From Chara braunii (lineage: Eukaryota; Plantae; Charophyceae): 64,000 nt of DNA. Each line of letters starts with the position of its first letter. The first letter of the stretch is position 1. A program made the translations under genes and the position numbers. The DNA is taken from assembly GCA_003427395.1 (NCBI GenBank), contig BFEA01000039.1, positions 957,067-1,021,066 of the forward strand, written 5' to 3'. Below the pieces are notes generated by a model that was not told the DNA's origin, searched no databases, and saw only the letters and a list, made by a program, of their open reading frames with translations. This document shows, piece after piece, positions 23,344-36,196 of the stretch.

Positions 23344-25047
23344 CTAGGGTTCCTTTTTTATTGTCGTGTTCTTGGCCTTACTTTGTTTGTCGACTTTCCG
23401 ACACGTAAATCCAGATTTCTCTGTCCTGTTCGCAACACACATAAGGTCCCGGGACTGTGCACCATAGGCAATTATTTTGGAGCGCGTTTCAAGATTGAAA
23501 TGAGCAGGGAGATCCTCTGCCTCATCTCCATTGCACAGTGAATTGTCCTGACACCCATTCAACTGCCAGGCAGTCCTAAGGCGGATGACTTCGCGACTGA
23601 AGGTACTCTGTTGGGAATAGAGAAATGTGGAACCCGCTGCAGATATGACACGGTCAAGGGAGGCCCTCACCTCAACGTACTGACGTTGATTATGGGTCAG
23701 TGGCTGCGCCCAATCGAGCCCAGAAGGGAGGCCCAAGTTCATTGGCAGTCGCACAAGAGCGAGGGACCAGTTCGCTGATCTGCTCAGGAGATCTTTCAAC
23801 AATTCAAACTCGTACGGAGACGCATCCGTAGCAAGAAAAACAACATTGCAGTTTGCAGCCTTCGCCTGCTGCTCCAGACACTCGGCCACACGAGGTATCG
23901 GGTAGTAGTTACATTTGTTCCTGCGATCGCTGCAGTACCCAATGAAGTCTGTCCTCCTCAGGTGGACACTGAGGTACCTTGGCCCCAGGAATGTCTTCAC
24001 AAAGTCCTGTGCTGCGTAAAGAATGTTGCAATGCGGCCTGAGCACTGGAACCCTGCAACTCACAATCCACGGGTCCTTTCCTGCCCTTGCCAGTGAGAAG
24101 AGTCGACCCATGTTATAACCGAACCCTTCACCTATAGCCAGCACCTCCTCTGTGTAGTTGTAGTCTGTGGCAAACTCTTCTGTGATCACTGAGATTGAGG
24201 ATGCCGAATAAGTGGACAAACAGTCCTCTTCAACAATACGGATGCCAGTCGTTTTCTTGAATGCTGCAACTGATCGCTCATTCCGTCGATTGGGAAGGCA
24301 AGTGAGCCGGTCAATTAAAACAGGGCGGCCTTGTGCCGCCCGAGCCCGTCGAAACGCGCTCAGAGTAACCATCACTGGACCATGAGCTTTCATCTGGAAG
24401 CAATCGTTTATGTGTTCCAGGTCAACAAGACTGCCAAAATCATAGCCAAACTCTGAGTCAGGATATATCAACGTCCGATTAAGAATCGCAGCTGCAATCA
24501 TTGAACTCATCAGGCATTCCATTCGGTTTCCCATTCGTCCAACTACNCACATGGCCATGAGGTACTTGCCTGCATGAGGGGTCCAAGTCAACGCCGGGGC
24601 ATGCATCACAACGGGACACCGTCCGGAGCTGGGAATTGGCTGATTATACTGATTCTTGCCATCCGCAGCAGCTGTCTGGTTCACAAGAAATTGCGATTGT
24701 GGCACTCTCTCAGTGCTGTTCGCACTTAGGAAGGCNGGAGGGCGATGCCACACGAAGCTGTTGATCGATTGAACGAGAAGCAGTCGAACCTCATCCAAGG
24801 AGCCTTTGATGTCTATTATCTCCTGAGACATCAACACGTTGGGACTTGCACCTTCTTGCCCACTGCTGGCCTCTCNAGTCCTGCCATCGATTTCCTGCAT
24901 CTTCTCCTGCCGACCATAGGGCGCGAGCCATTCTGACAACTGGCCTAAGAATGGCATAAGCGCTGGGTAGATCAGAGCAAATGCTCCGATCACCAACACA
25001 AGCAGCAGACAGCTCTTTCTTACTCCCTTCCTCTTTGCTGGCTTCAT
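23344..25047 (-). CDS. Intronless O-fucosyltransferase (O-FucT/PF10250, plant OFUT14/36-like), type II membrane protein
   Basis: ~567-aa ORF from ATG 25047. Basic N-terminus plus TM (LLLVLVIGAFALIYPAL). Motifs GKYLMAM.VVGRMGNRMECL, YLSVHLRRTDF, VFLATD, LDRVISAAGSTFLYSQQSTFS. Confidence 0.88.
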   Translation of the reverse strand: MKPAKRKGVRKSCLLLVLVIGAFALIYPALMPFLGQLSEWLAPYGRQEKMQEIDGRTXEASSGQEGASPNVLMSQEIIDIKGSLDEVRLLLVQSINSFVWHRPXAFLSANSTERVPQSQFLVNQTAAADGKNQYNQPIPSSGRCPVVMHAPALTWTPHAGKYLMAMXVVGRMGNRMECLMSSMIAAAILNRTLIYPDSEFGYDFGSLVDLEHINDCFQMKAHGPVMVTLSAFRRARAAQGRPVLIDRLTCLPNRRNERSVAAFKKTTGIRIVEEDCLSTYSASSISVITEEFATDYNYTEEVLAIGEGFGYNMGRLFSLARAGKDPWIVSCRVPVLRPHCNILYAAQDFVKTFLGPRYLSVHLRRTDFIGYCSDRRNKCNYYPIPRVAECLEQQAKAANCNVVFLATDASPYEFELLKDLLSRSANWSLALVRLPMNLGLPSGLDWAQPLTHNQRQYVEVRASLDRVISAAGSTFLYSQQSTFSREVIRLRTAWQLNGCQDNSLCNGDEAEDLPAHFNLETRSKIIAYGAQSRDLMCVANRTEKSGFTCRKVDKQSKAKNTTIKKEP

Positions 25048-27852
25048 CTCCAACCACCAAAAATCAGATTTTTATTTTTTCCCTTCTTTTCCTACAAAAC
25101 GAGTTTAAAATGTTTCTGAAACAACGTTTCTGAAACAACAAGCTTGAGATATCGCAATCAATACAAGGGTGTCGCAATAACATTCAGCTTTGAAACTTAA
25201 CGACAGACTGAACTGTCATCTACTTCCTCTCTTTACATTTGCCTAAGTTCTAATCAAAGAAACTTTCAATCAAAGATGCTCCGAAGCAAAGGAGCTTCCC
25301 ATCAAAAACGCTTCCAATGCAGGAAACATCAAACGGACAGAGTGTCCAACCAATGGACCTTCCCACCACCAAAGTCGCCGATCAACAAAGCTTCCAATCA
25401 ACGAAGCTTCCAATCAACAAAGCTTCCAATCAATGAAATTCCCGACTGATGGATCAAGGAAGTTTACCCTCAATGAAGCGTGAAATCAACGAAACCTCAA
25501 ATCACAACAATGTTGAACCATGTTTCCTTAGATAGACACTACTACCGTACACAGTGAACATGCTCAAAGAAAAGAGTATCTTCAAGGTTCACAACTTCTG
25601 CACCCTCCAACAATTACCTTTCTGCTCTCCACTCCACTTTGCTTGCTTCCGAACACCACAGTTGAATCCCAACACTACGAAATCAAACACTCGTCTTCCT
25701 CACTCAATCAAACATCTGCCTGCCCTGCATTTAATCAGCATCAAGGCACTACCAACTTCATGATAGTTCATAAAATACACACGGGTACACCCTACACGGG
25801 TGTCCTTCTACACCCAATTAAAACCTCTGTCCTGCCTTAAATATCCGCATGAAGGCAACACCGACTCCATACACACATACCATCCTTCTGTGGAGTCATG
25901 CTGGTGGATCATCACTGCTCAGAAAGCAAGCATGCCTGCTACACTTGGACTCACTCGTTTGATCACCAAGCTGTTGGTTGCAGAACCTAACCGTCAGTAC
26001 TTCATTGCATGACTAAAGATCGCTTGGTTTTCGGGCCGTCCCAGTCCATAGGATTGTTGTTCCCATTTAGACTTTCCAACATCAAACTTGATATTTTGGA
26101 CCAATGATAACAAATAGCATCTCGGAACTTTGCAACTCACCAAATCAAGCACAACAACACAATTACATTGTTGTTGGGGGGTTCCCGCTTCAGCAAATCA
26201 AACACCTGCCATTCTCCTTAGCTTTTTCACGTACCTGCTTGTTGCTTGCAATTGATCTGTCTGCATCACAAACCATCCAAAGCTTGGAGACAATGGAAAG
26301 TCAAACTTCTTGTCGAAGTTTCCAATGTTTGTTAACTTTTTGTAAAACTCCCTCAGAAACTAGCCTATATCAACACCTAACCTCCGTCATCAACAGGTTA
26401 ACCTCGGTTAACTTCTTTTGTTGATTCACCTTATCTTTGCGAACTTGCAGACCATCAAAACCTTCGCTTCCTACGTTTTATGCTACACGGACAACCAAAT
26501 TCGGGGCAAGAACACGCAAGCTCATGGCTGATAACTTGCAGTTACTAGATGGATGCTCTCACTCTCTTTCGCGTAGGTGACTTGCCAATAACAAGCACAA
26601 GTCGTAAGAAATAAGTCGTCCTACCTGCCTATGATGACCCTCCTCTATGCCCTGCCATTGCCATTGATATTGATGGTATTGCCAGCTCCATCCCTCATGT
26701 ATTGTCCATACATACAGGAGCCGAATCGAACGTGTATGGACTATGTACGAGTCGTATGCACGTGTAAGTACTATGCACACCTACATGCCTACATGCGAGG
26801 GTTAAACACCAGTACATGCAGATGCATCCATGTAGAACCTTCGCATTCGACACCGTTGCTGTTCGCAATTTCAGTCTGCTGAGAGACCGACCCATCTACC
26901 CACCCACCCATGGAGCTCGAAAGTCACATTGCAACTGCCACATGCTTCTGCTCTGACCCTTCTGCTGTACATCTCGTGATGAATTCAACTTACAACTAAC
27001 GAGTGCTCCGCGGAGTTCAAACAACCTTGTCACCTCAATGGCTAAGGTACCGCCTGCATGCATAGGATAAAAAAGGATCAAAAGCGAAGAGCAAGCAGAT
27101 GTCAGATGCCACAAGACCAGGAGGGGGAAAAAAAAAGCAGCAGGTAAGGGGAATGGAGAGAGATTGTGCACTTTCGACCTTTTGACGCAAAATTTGTAAG
27201 AAACAGACTGGCAGCGCATACAAATATGATCCAACCGAGTTGGAACTCGTGCTTTAAAACGTAAAGAGAAAGGTAATAAAAACAATGATGAACAAACACA
27301 ATGACGAAGGTGCCCACTGAAGTTGACTTGATACATCAAACTAACATTGCGGTGATGAAAGGGGTACGTACTTAGCCACGCAGTTACAAACTGAGAAAAT
27401 CTTCGTTCTTCTGAGAAAGATGCTGTCCTCAATCTGGTCTCGCTGACATTCCGAGTTTGAGTCTGTTGTTGCTGTGCTGTTCTGATTCTTCGTGTGCTGC
27501 TAATGATGTATGTGTCTGTGTGCTTATCTGTGTCCAAGTCTGTCTCCATGTGCTTGTCTGAGTCCGACTCGGTGTCCCTGTGCTCCATGTTCCATGCTGC
27601 ATTTGTGTGTCTCGGAGAGTGGTAGGCAAGGAGATAGGTGCAGTTACAGGGATGGAACTGAAATTTGGGTACGGAAGGACTTACCAGAGAGTCCAGGAAG
27701 GCCAGGGGGCAGAACTTGCTAGGGACCGCTATGGATTCTCCAGCAACTCAAGAAGGGCCTGAGGTCTAGCTACGGTGGCAAGTAGGCAAAACTACTGGTT
27801 TTGATTGTCAATAGAAGAAGGGGGCTTTCGATTGGGAACAACAAACACATTT

Positions 27853-27929
27853 GGGTAATTAGCTCAGTTGGTAGAGTGCCTCATTTACACCGAGAGAGCC
27901 AGCCAGCGGTTCAAGTCCGTTACGACCCA
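27853..27929 (+). tRNA. trnV: tRNA-Val(UAC)-like relic, probably mitochondrial-derived (NUMT), pseudogenised
   Basis: GGGTAATTAGCTCAGTTGGTAGAGTGCCTCATTTACACCGAGAGAGCCAGCCAGCGGTTCAAGTCCGTTACGACCCA. Anticodon TAC, GCCA duplication in the variable region, stem mismatches. Resembles streptophyte mitochondrial trnV(uac) from recall. Confidence 0.72.
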
Positions 27930-28339
27930 GATGGGAAAGTACTAAAATTATAAAATAGCGATGGTACCAAATGCGTCGGGGCTGTTCAGGTCTAGGTACA
28001 GAGCCTGTAACTAGGATTAGACAGAATTGCCGGGCCGAACCTGAACATTAGTTACCCTGCATGCCCACATATTCACATGTTTTACATATGTGTGCACCTG
28101 CGCATACACACTCTCACAAACACGACATGAGTACGGTCATACACGCCTAAACTGACAAACCCACTACACATTATACGCACCCATGGCGCCTGCAGATGAA
28201 GATCTGACTTTTTGTAAAGCCATTCACTAAGTTGCTTTGGTGTTTCCCCAGGCTTATCAAGGAGCTTCACATGTTGCATGGCAAGTCACTGGAGGAGCAG
28301 ATGGCAAGTGTGTATCTGATACTATTTGTTTGTGTTATG

Positions 28340-28755
28340 AACCTGGTTCAAACTTGGGCGGCGTGCGTTGATCATTCCAATAGGGTCACCCCCTTTCTTA
28401 TAAGGGACATCGGGCCCAGTTTTTCCCAGATTAGGCTACAGCTGAAAATTAATATTGTTTTTTTTGCGCGCATTTTTGCTCTTGTTCTATGACCGTGGTT
28501 CAAACTTGGGCAGTGTGCCTTGATCATTCCAATAGGGTCATCCCCCTTTTTGCACGGGACACCGAGCCCAGTTTCATTAGATTAGGCTACCCCTGAAGAT
28601 TCGTATTGGTTTTATTGCAGGCATGATCAGGGTTTCACTGTGCATTGTTGACCTGGTTGGTTTTGTTGTATGACCGTGGTTCAAACTTGGGCGGTGTGCT
28701 TCATCATCCCAAGAGGTCATTCCCCTTTTCTGTAAGGGACTGGACCCAGTTTCCA
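28340..28755 (+). repeat. Three diverged ~150-180 bp tandem units
   Basis: tggttcaaacttgggc...gggac..cccagttt at ~28344, ~28497 and ~28677. Confidence 0.8.
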
Positions 28756-28829
28756 GGATTGCGTATAAAAATGATAAAAAACAGATGTAATTGCATAAAA
28801 ACAAATACACGCAAATTTGTTCAGAGAGA

Positions 28830-28903
<74 letters not shown>

Positions 28904-29167
28904 AATATGGAATTCATTTCTTGATTATCCTCTTGGGATGTTTTCCTACATATTTACTGTATATTATAGTGCAAAGCAAATTTGCTCAGAGTGCTGGTCC
29001 GCATTGCGGGCATGGATTACCGCAATTGTGCTGGCTTTTCTTTTTTTTCTTTTTTTTTTTTCTTTGTGCTGCCTTTTCTTACAGTGGGCCTCAACCCTAA
29101 GGGTGCACAAGGAAGCCTCCAGGTGGATAGACTCGAAAACAGAAAAGACAAAATATTTGGAGACAGG

Positions 29168-32100
29168 TGCAATCAATTGCAGTTTTGCAGCGGGCTGTAT
29201 ACTAACCCGTAGGTCTGGATGTGTTGTTTGGTTTTGGTCTGATCGGGGCTTGATCCCTGGACCTGTCTCTTACTTAGTTAGCTCCGTAACTCAACGTAGA
29301 TTTGACCTCTTCAGGGTTTGATCCCCTGGTCTGTCCCTCAGTGGACTTTCCGCAATTGCGCCCCACGTTGCTCTTGTTTGCTGCCTTTCCCCTTTTCCCT
29401 GTTTTCAGTCTAGATCCGGTCCTGAGCAATAGGTTGTCGGTCTTAGGCTGTAGGCCGTCAGTTCCTGTAGCGTCAAGAGGTTGAAAGTCTACAAAAGTGT
29501 CGAGGGAAATTGTGAACGGGTTCTGTTCTGTTTTCCATTTTCTCCACAAAGTGCTGCTGGAGGTCGCATTCTGCCTGGTGCTGCGTTATCTTCATGCAGC
29601 AGGGGCTGTCCTCCATAGCTGAGGCTACCTAGCTTGTGCTGTGCTGTTGGGGTATGACAGGGCTGCCATTGAAGCCCTCCATCGGAATGTTCCTCGAAGT
29701 CGGTGTTCTTCTTCTTCATCCTGGGAGCCGTGCTCCCCTGTTGATTGGGCACTTCATCTAATGGGGACATCCTGATTGGTGCAGAGTGTCGTATTAATGT
29801 TCAGGAGGGTATGTGGCGACGATTAGTAGGCTTGTTGGGTTGGGCACCTGTTTGCGCCATAGCTAGAGCTTGTGATTGGTTTGTGGATGTTAATAACATG
29901 GTTGGGATCATGAAAATTTTGTGTTGTTGATTGAACTGGGAAGAGACAGTATAATAAGAATTGAACAAAAGTTAATTCTATTAATGGTTTGGTGAGCTTT
30001 CGCTGTGCATTATCAACTTCAATTTTGCTGAAGACTTTGTGCACAAGATGGCCTTTAAAAACCAGCTTGGCACCTATGAGTATTTGGTCATGCCATTTGG
30101 TTTGTGCAATGCACCAGTTACCTTCAAGACTGAAATGAATCATTTTCAGACCATATCAAGATAAGTTTGTTGTGGTGTACCTGAATGACATTTTCGTTTT
30201 CAGCAAAACTGTTGAAGAGCATGCTGATCATCTCAGAGAGATTCTGCAGATCTGGGAGAAAAAAAAAAAAAAAAAAAAAACGACAAAGAAAAGTCATATT
30301 TTGGTACCTCTTCTGTTGTGTATTTGGGACGTGATTTATGCGAATGGCCTTTCCCCTCTAAGGTTGCTACTGTTAGGGACTGGCCACAGCACCAAAAAGT
30401 CAAAGACATCAGGTCTTTTACGGGTCTGGTATCCTACTATAAAAAGTTCATCAGGAACTTTTCTACTATTACCACTCCCCTGACTAACCTGCTGGCTAAG
30501 GATGCTCCCTTCGGATGGACTCCTACATGTCAGTCGGCCTTCTCCAGATTGAAGAAAGTCTTAACCCAGGCACCTATGTTGAAACTGTCTGACTCTACCT
30601 TGCCATTTGTATCGACTACAAATGCAAGTCAATATGGAGTTGGTGCATTTCTTCAACAAGGTGATGGGACTGGTCCTCAAACTAGTGGAATTCACGAGTA
30701 AGAAGATAAAGGTAGAAAGAATCCAGGCTTGGGAGACATCTGTGTCCTCAAACCTATGAGAAGGAACTGTATGCTCTCATTTGTGCCCTCAATCAGTGGA
30801 AACATTTCTCGATCTTGGGAGACACTTCAAGATCTACTCTAATCACTCCACCTTGCAGTGGATGAAAACCCAAGGTGAGTTAAATGATAAGCTGGCGAGG
30901 TACATTCAGTTCATAGATGGTTTCACCTGAACTGAAGCACAAGAGGAGATGCTATAATAGGGTGGCCGATGCATTGTCACGGAGACTTGAGCTACCATTG
31001 TCAATACTTACTCTTTCACTGATTCCACTAGGCAGGACATTGCAGATGTGTTTCCTCAAGACCTAATCTTTGACCCCATCATAGGAATCTGCAAATCGAC
31101 CCCAATTCTGAGTCAGGTTGTGCACTGACTTCAAACTTGTTGTGTACCATCAGTGACGGGGAAAAGCGTTTGTGCATCCCTAATGATCGCAAGATCATGA
31201 TCATCTGATTTCAGGGAGTCATGATGTGCATGGTCACTTCGAGCTTCTAAGAACCTATGCTGTATGCTGCCCTGTTTCATTGCTTCTACTGGTCTAAAAT
31301 GAAAGAGGATATACTCGAGTACTTGGAGACTTATGATTGTGCCAAATGAACAAGGTCCACATAGACGACCTCCTATGGGACTACTCAAACCACTACCTAT
31401 CACTAACGGCCCTCGTGAGTCTGTGTCCATAGACTTCACTGATTTAGGCAAGACTACTCCCCACGGCATGAGACAATGGTTGGTGTTGATTGTTTCTCTA
31501 AGTTTGTTGAGTTTATCCCCTTACCTACTGCAAGCTAGACTACCTTTGGTCAGAGAGCTATTTGTTGAGAGGTGGGTAAATGTCCATGGGTGCCCAACCT
31601 TCATCGCCAGTGACAAAGACCCCAAATTTGCAGCAATGAATGGTAGTCTTTTGCAAAGACTACCTTCATTTGAGGATGGACATGACCCCTGGTAGGCATC
31701 CTGAAGCCAATGGGCAGGCTGAAGTGATGACCCAAGTCCTTATTCAGCTGCTGCGTCCAATGATCACAGCTCATCAGCAGGACTGGGACAAACATCTGTC
31801 CAAGGCACAATTGATGTATCATACCTCTTCACAACACTACAAGCTTTACACCCTACAGGCTGGACTTTGCCATAGATCCAAGACAGCCTCTTGATGATCT
31901 CATTGACAAATCCAAGCCCAAACTGCAGAATTCACCAAGAGTTATGAGAAAGACCTAGAGAACGCTAGAGATAACATGTTAAAGGCCCAAAAGAGGATGC
32001 TCAAACAGGCTAATAAGCATCGGTATCCCTCTACTATATGGCCAGGTCACTAGGTGAAAAGATCTAAGCTAACTGATGAACAAGATTTATCAAGGAAGGC

Positions 32101-33490
32101 AACAGCTAACTGATGTACAAGATTTATTAAGGAAGTTGTTGCCTGTCTACTACGGACCATGGCAGGTGTTTGATACTATGGGGGCAGATCCGTTTGGACC
32201 TATGTGCTTGATGTACCCCGGCATATCAGGACCTCCCCGGTCTTCCATGCTTCAAAACTGCTGCCTTTCACACCTAGTGATAGGCCACCACAGTTTGGAC
32301 CTCTTATCCCTGAAAGGGGATATGAAGTTGAGAACATGATCAGTGGGTCACAGACCCCAATTGTGAATATCTTGTGAAGTTATTGTTTCAACCTCACACT
32401 GAAGAGAGGTGGTACACATGACACTTCTCAAGTCTGCGAATTCAGTTGTGCAATTCTAAGGGCAACAGCTCAAACGATCACCTCGTGGACATTCTTAGCT
32501 CGGGGTTCTCGCGCCTCGGGGGGGGTAAGAATTGCAGTTTTGCTGCAAGCGTATACTAAACCATATGTCTGCATGTTTTGTTTTGGTTTGGTTTAACCGG
32601 GGCTTGATCCCTCGACCTCTCTCTTAGTTCGTTCCCTAACTCTATGTAGATTTGTCCTCGTCAGGGTTTGATCCCTTGGCCTGTCCGCAATGGGACTTTC
32701 TGCAATTGAGGCCCATGTTGCTTTTGTTTGCTGCTTTTCCCCTTTTCCCTGTTTTCAGTTTAGATTCGGTCCTGGGCTGTAGGCTGACGGTCTAAGGATG
32801 TAGGCTGTCGATTCCTATATTATCCAAAGGTTGGGAGTCTACAAAAGTGTCGAGAAAAATTGTGAACGGGTTCCGTTCTGTCTTTCATTTTCCCCACCAA
32901 GTACCGCTGGAGGTCCCGTTCCGCCTGGTGTTGCGTTACTTTACCGGCGGCATCATCATCATGCGGTTGGGGTCGTCCTTCACAGCTGTGGCGACTTAGC
33001 TTGTGTTCTGCCAGTGCTGGGCATCAGGCCCTGAGCGCTGTAAGGCACCTCCTCTTACCAGTGCTGCTGGGGTATGACAGGGCTGCCATCGAAGCCCTCC
33101 ATCGGAATGTTCTTCGAAGTGCCAGCCATCTTCTTCTTCATCCAATTGTTATTTTTCTTCATCCAGTTGTTCTTCTTTTTCATCTCGGGGAGCCATGCTC
33201 CCCTGTTGAGTGGGCACTTCATCTGCAGTGGACATCCTGATTGGTGCAGAGTATCATGTTGGGTTCAGGAGGGTCTGTGGCGATTAGTAGGCTTGTTGCG
33301 TTAGGCGCCTGGTTGCGCCATAGCTAGAGCTCGACGTCGAGGGAGGAAGAAGTCTCCCATGCTGGATGAAACACTGTTTGTGATTGGTTCCTGGATACTA
33401 ATAACGTGGTTGGGATCCTGGGAATTTTGTGCTGTTGATTGAACTGGGGAGAGACAATATAATAAGAACTGAATTAAATTCAATTCTTCA
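29168..33490 (+). mobile_element. Decayed Ty3/gypsy LTR retrotransposon (chromovirus-like), gag/protease apparently missing
   Basis: Direct repeats ~29168-29983 and ~32526-33490, starting (tgcaatc)aattgcagttttg; G-run PPT before the 3' LTR. Fragments of RT ([23 protein letters not shown]), RNase H (TTNASQYGVGAFLQQ, YEKELYAL, ADALSR), integrase (GLLKPLP..VSIDF, ASDKDPKF, HPEANGQAE, YYGPW) and a chromo-like YEVE..YLVK ~32320-32380. Confidence 0.88.
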
Positions 33491-34674
33491 GCTGTGCATT
33501 CTCCACATCTGGTTTGGTGTGAATTTCTCTCTCCAAGGTATCTTGTCGTTGCACATGTGTAAACGACATGTAAATGCCATGACATATCTTGTTTCAATCA
33601 GGCCCATAACGCTGGGATCCTGAGGGTCGAGCCCCACTGCCCAAACATGGTGGACTTACTGCAGATTTCGATACCGCTGGGTAAGTGCCCAACTCCTTGC
33701 TGTGGTTTCATGATTAAGGAAAGTTAGCATAGAAGCGAGAAAATTGCAGCGAAGGACGGTAATGGTACTAATGGATCAATTTAAGGGAAAGCAAATAGTC
33801 TAAACCCAAAGGAAACTATTCAATAACACCAGGTAATGCACATGATAACGTGGTGTTAACGCCCAAGAAAAAATTGGCACACCGCTGCTCGGATTATCCG
33901 ACAGTGCGGCATGCCATCTAATGGTACTGCACATCCTGAATTAGACAACACCAGGCTATTAGCACAGGCCCCTGCCATACGGTTTTCTGGTTTACATCCT
34001 GCCTTGGACAACACCAGGCTATTAGCACAGGCCCCTGCCATACGGTTTTCTGGCTTTCCGACATAACCACGGTAACCTGCTTTCCGCATGAACAGGTTTG
34101 GCACAAACAGTTGTGCTACCTTCAGAAAAGAGTATTTTCCCCCTTCAGAGGAATGGGATGGACTGAACCGTACCTCACTTCGTGACTGTGCATTTGGATG
34201 CAACATCTTCCATCGGATCACATAGGATCCAATGGCTGGAGAGTGCCTTTTTTTATCCTTTCTTTTTTTGAGTGCCATTGTTTTCTTGCAAATATGTTGG
34301 GTCTGTTTTTGTCATTTTTTTGCACCCATACCTGACAGCTGGAGAGCGCCATCGTTTTCTTTTCTTTCAGTTTTGCATTTCATGCACTGTCACTCACCGC
34401 ACTCATCACACGAGTAGAGTGAAGTCTTAACCTGTGGTAGAGTGAATTTTCCTATGGCTACTAAGCTTTGCCCCAGAACTAGAAAATAAACCACAATACT
34501 TCCCAAGCCATTTTCTTCTCTTTTGGTCAGTACTGACCAATGAGGTCTCTCCCTCCCAGCCTCAACATTCTCCCTACCGCAACCCCTACTTGCGCCACTC
34601 TCAAATCGCCAGTGGCTCCCGGCCTCTTTTTCCCAATACGGGTTTTACCCTCCCTCCCAGCCTCAACATTCTCC

Positions 34675-34928
34675 CTTGCACAACCCCTACTCCCCCGTGT
34701 TAGAGCGCCAGTGGCTCCCGGTCTCCCTTGCACAACCCCTACTCCCCCGTGTTAGAGCGCCAGTGGCTCCCGGTCTCCCTTGCACAACCCCTACTCCCCC
34801 GTGTTAGAGCGCCCGTGACTCCCAGTCTCCCTTGCACAACCCCTACTCCCCCGTGTTATAGCACCAGTGGCTCCCGGTCTGCCTTGCACAACCCCTACTC
34901 CCCCGTGTTAGAGCGCCAGTGGCTCCCG
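34675..34928 (+). repeat. 52-bp minisatellite, 5 copies
   Basis: cttgcacaacccctactcccccgtgttagagcgccagtggctcccggtctcc repeated; degenerate copy ~34575. Confidence 0.9.
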
Positions 34929-34999
34929 ACCATTTTTCCCAATATGGATTTTTGCCTCTCCCAACCTCAACAGTCCGAACCTTTCCACAGTCTAATGTA

Positions 35000-35592
35000 C
35001 CCTATCCGAATTCTGTGTAACCGTTTGAACGCCGTGAACGCGCGTTCGCTTTCAAATGTGCGTTTGAATGCGGATTGCGCATTCGCGTTCAAAATTGAAT
35101 GGCGTTCAATAATTTTTTATTTTTTTATTTAAAAAAAAAAATCATTTTAATGCCTAAAAATAACTTTTTTTTCTGATTTTTTTTTTTATGAGTTCTGTAT
35201 GATGTGAGGTACATGCCTCTCAATTTTGGAGTCATTTTGCTAAGGCAAAAAAAAATGAAAAATCGCCAAAGATGGCGGTCTCAAATCGTGTTCGCTCACT
35301 AATTTCAATTCTTTTACTTTTTTTTTTTTTTTCTGTTTTCTATTTTTTTTCCCAATTTGGTAACGAATTTAGATGTAATGCTCAGGCAAATGTTGTTTAT
35401 TTTATTTTTATTCATAACATAGTTTGTTTTCGGAATTTTTTTAGGGTTTTTTTTTTTTTTTTTTTTTTTTCCCGCGCGGAATTGAAGTCCACGTTCGGTC
35501 CCGTTCATTGAACGCGCGTGCATTCCGTTCAATTTCTGAACGGAAAACCCGCGTTCAATGAACGCGCGGTTTCACAGTCCGATGCACATAGG
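35000..35592. mobile_element. Putative non-autonomous DNA transposon
   Basis: Imperfect TIRs cctat..ctgtgtaaccg / cggtttcacag..atagg, multiple subterminal GAACGC(G) motifs at both ends, AT-rich core. Confidence 0.45.
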
Positions 35593-36119
35593 AATAGAGA
35601 AAATTCTTAGCAGACTATATTCACCATGAAGTAACACGAAATTTTATTTTGTTTTCTTAAGAGTGTTTGTTTTAAATTTTAATAATCCTCAAATACGTAT
35701 TTGTTTTGTTTCTTTTGATATCAACTTGTATCCACTAATGAATCAAGTCAACGTGGAAAAAATGTCGCCCATCAGCCTTCTGTTCTGTGTGAATGACATT
35801 CACACTTCTTTGTAGCGAAGGCCACTGGTTAGGTACCGCTTTCACTGATGAAAACTCCAATTATTATTAGTATGCGCAACGTGCGCCCTCGCACTGCTAC
35901 TTCGGGGCTTTTCTTTTGCCGTCGTATACTATATATGCTCACCTATATTATATGCTCACCTATATTAAACCACCAGTACCTCCGAAGGTGGCGGCGGATG
36001 TTCGGGTAATACTGAATGTTCGGGTTCAGCCCGGCAATGCGGTGTAATCCTGGTTACAGGCTGTGTACCTAATCCTGAACAGCCCCGATGCAGTCTGGTA
36101 CCTTCATTATTTTCCCATC

Positions 36120-36196
36120 TGGATAATAATGGACTTGAACCGCTGGCTGGCTCTCTCGGTGTAAATTGGGCAATCTACCAACTGAGCTAATTACCC
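36120..36196 (-). tRNA. trnV: Second tRNA-Val(UAC)-like relic in the duplicated arm
   Basis: Mirror of 27853-27929 with the same GCCA duplication and further mutations. Confidence 0.7.

Larger units (their letters stand above)
21720..28060. repeat. Left arm of large inverted duplication
   Basis: Colinear reverse-complement match to 36005-42727 throughout; several ORF-track peptides are mirrored identically (e.g. 25554..25763+ = 38233..38442-). Confidence 0.93.
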
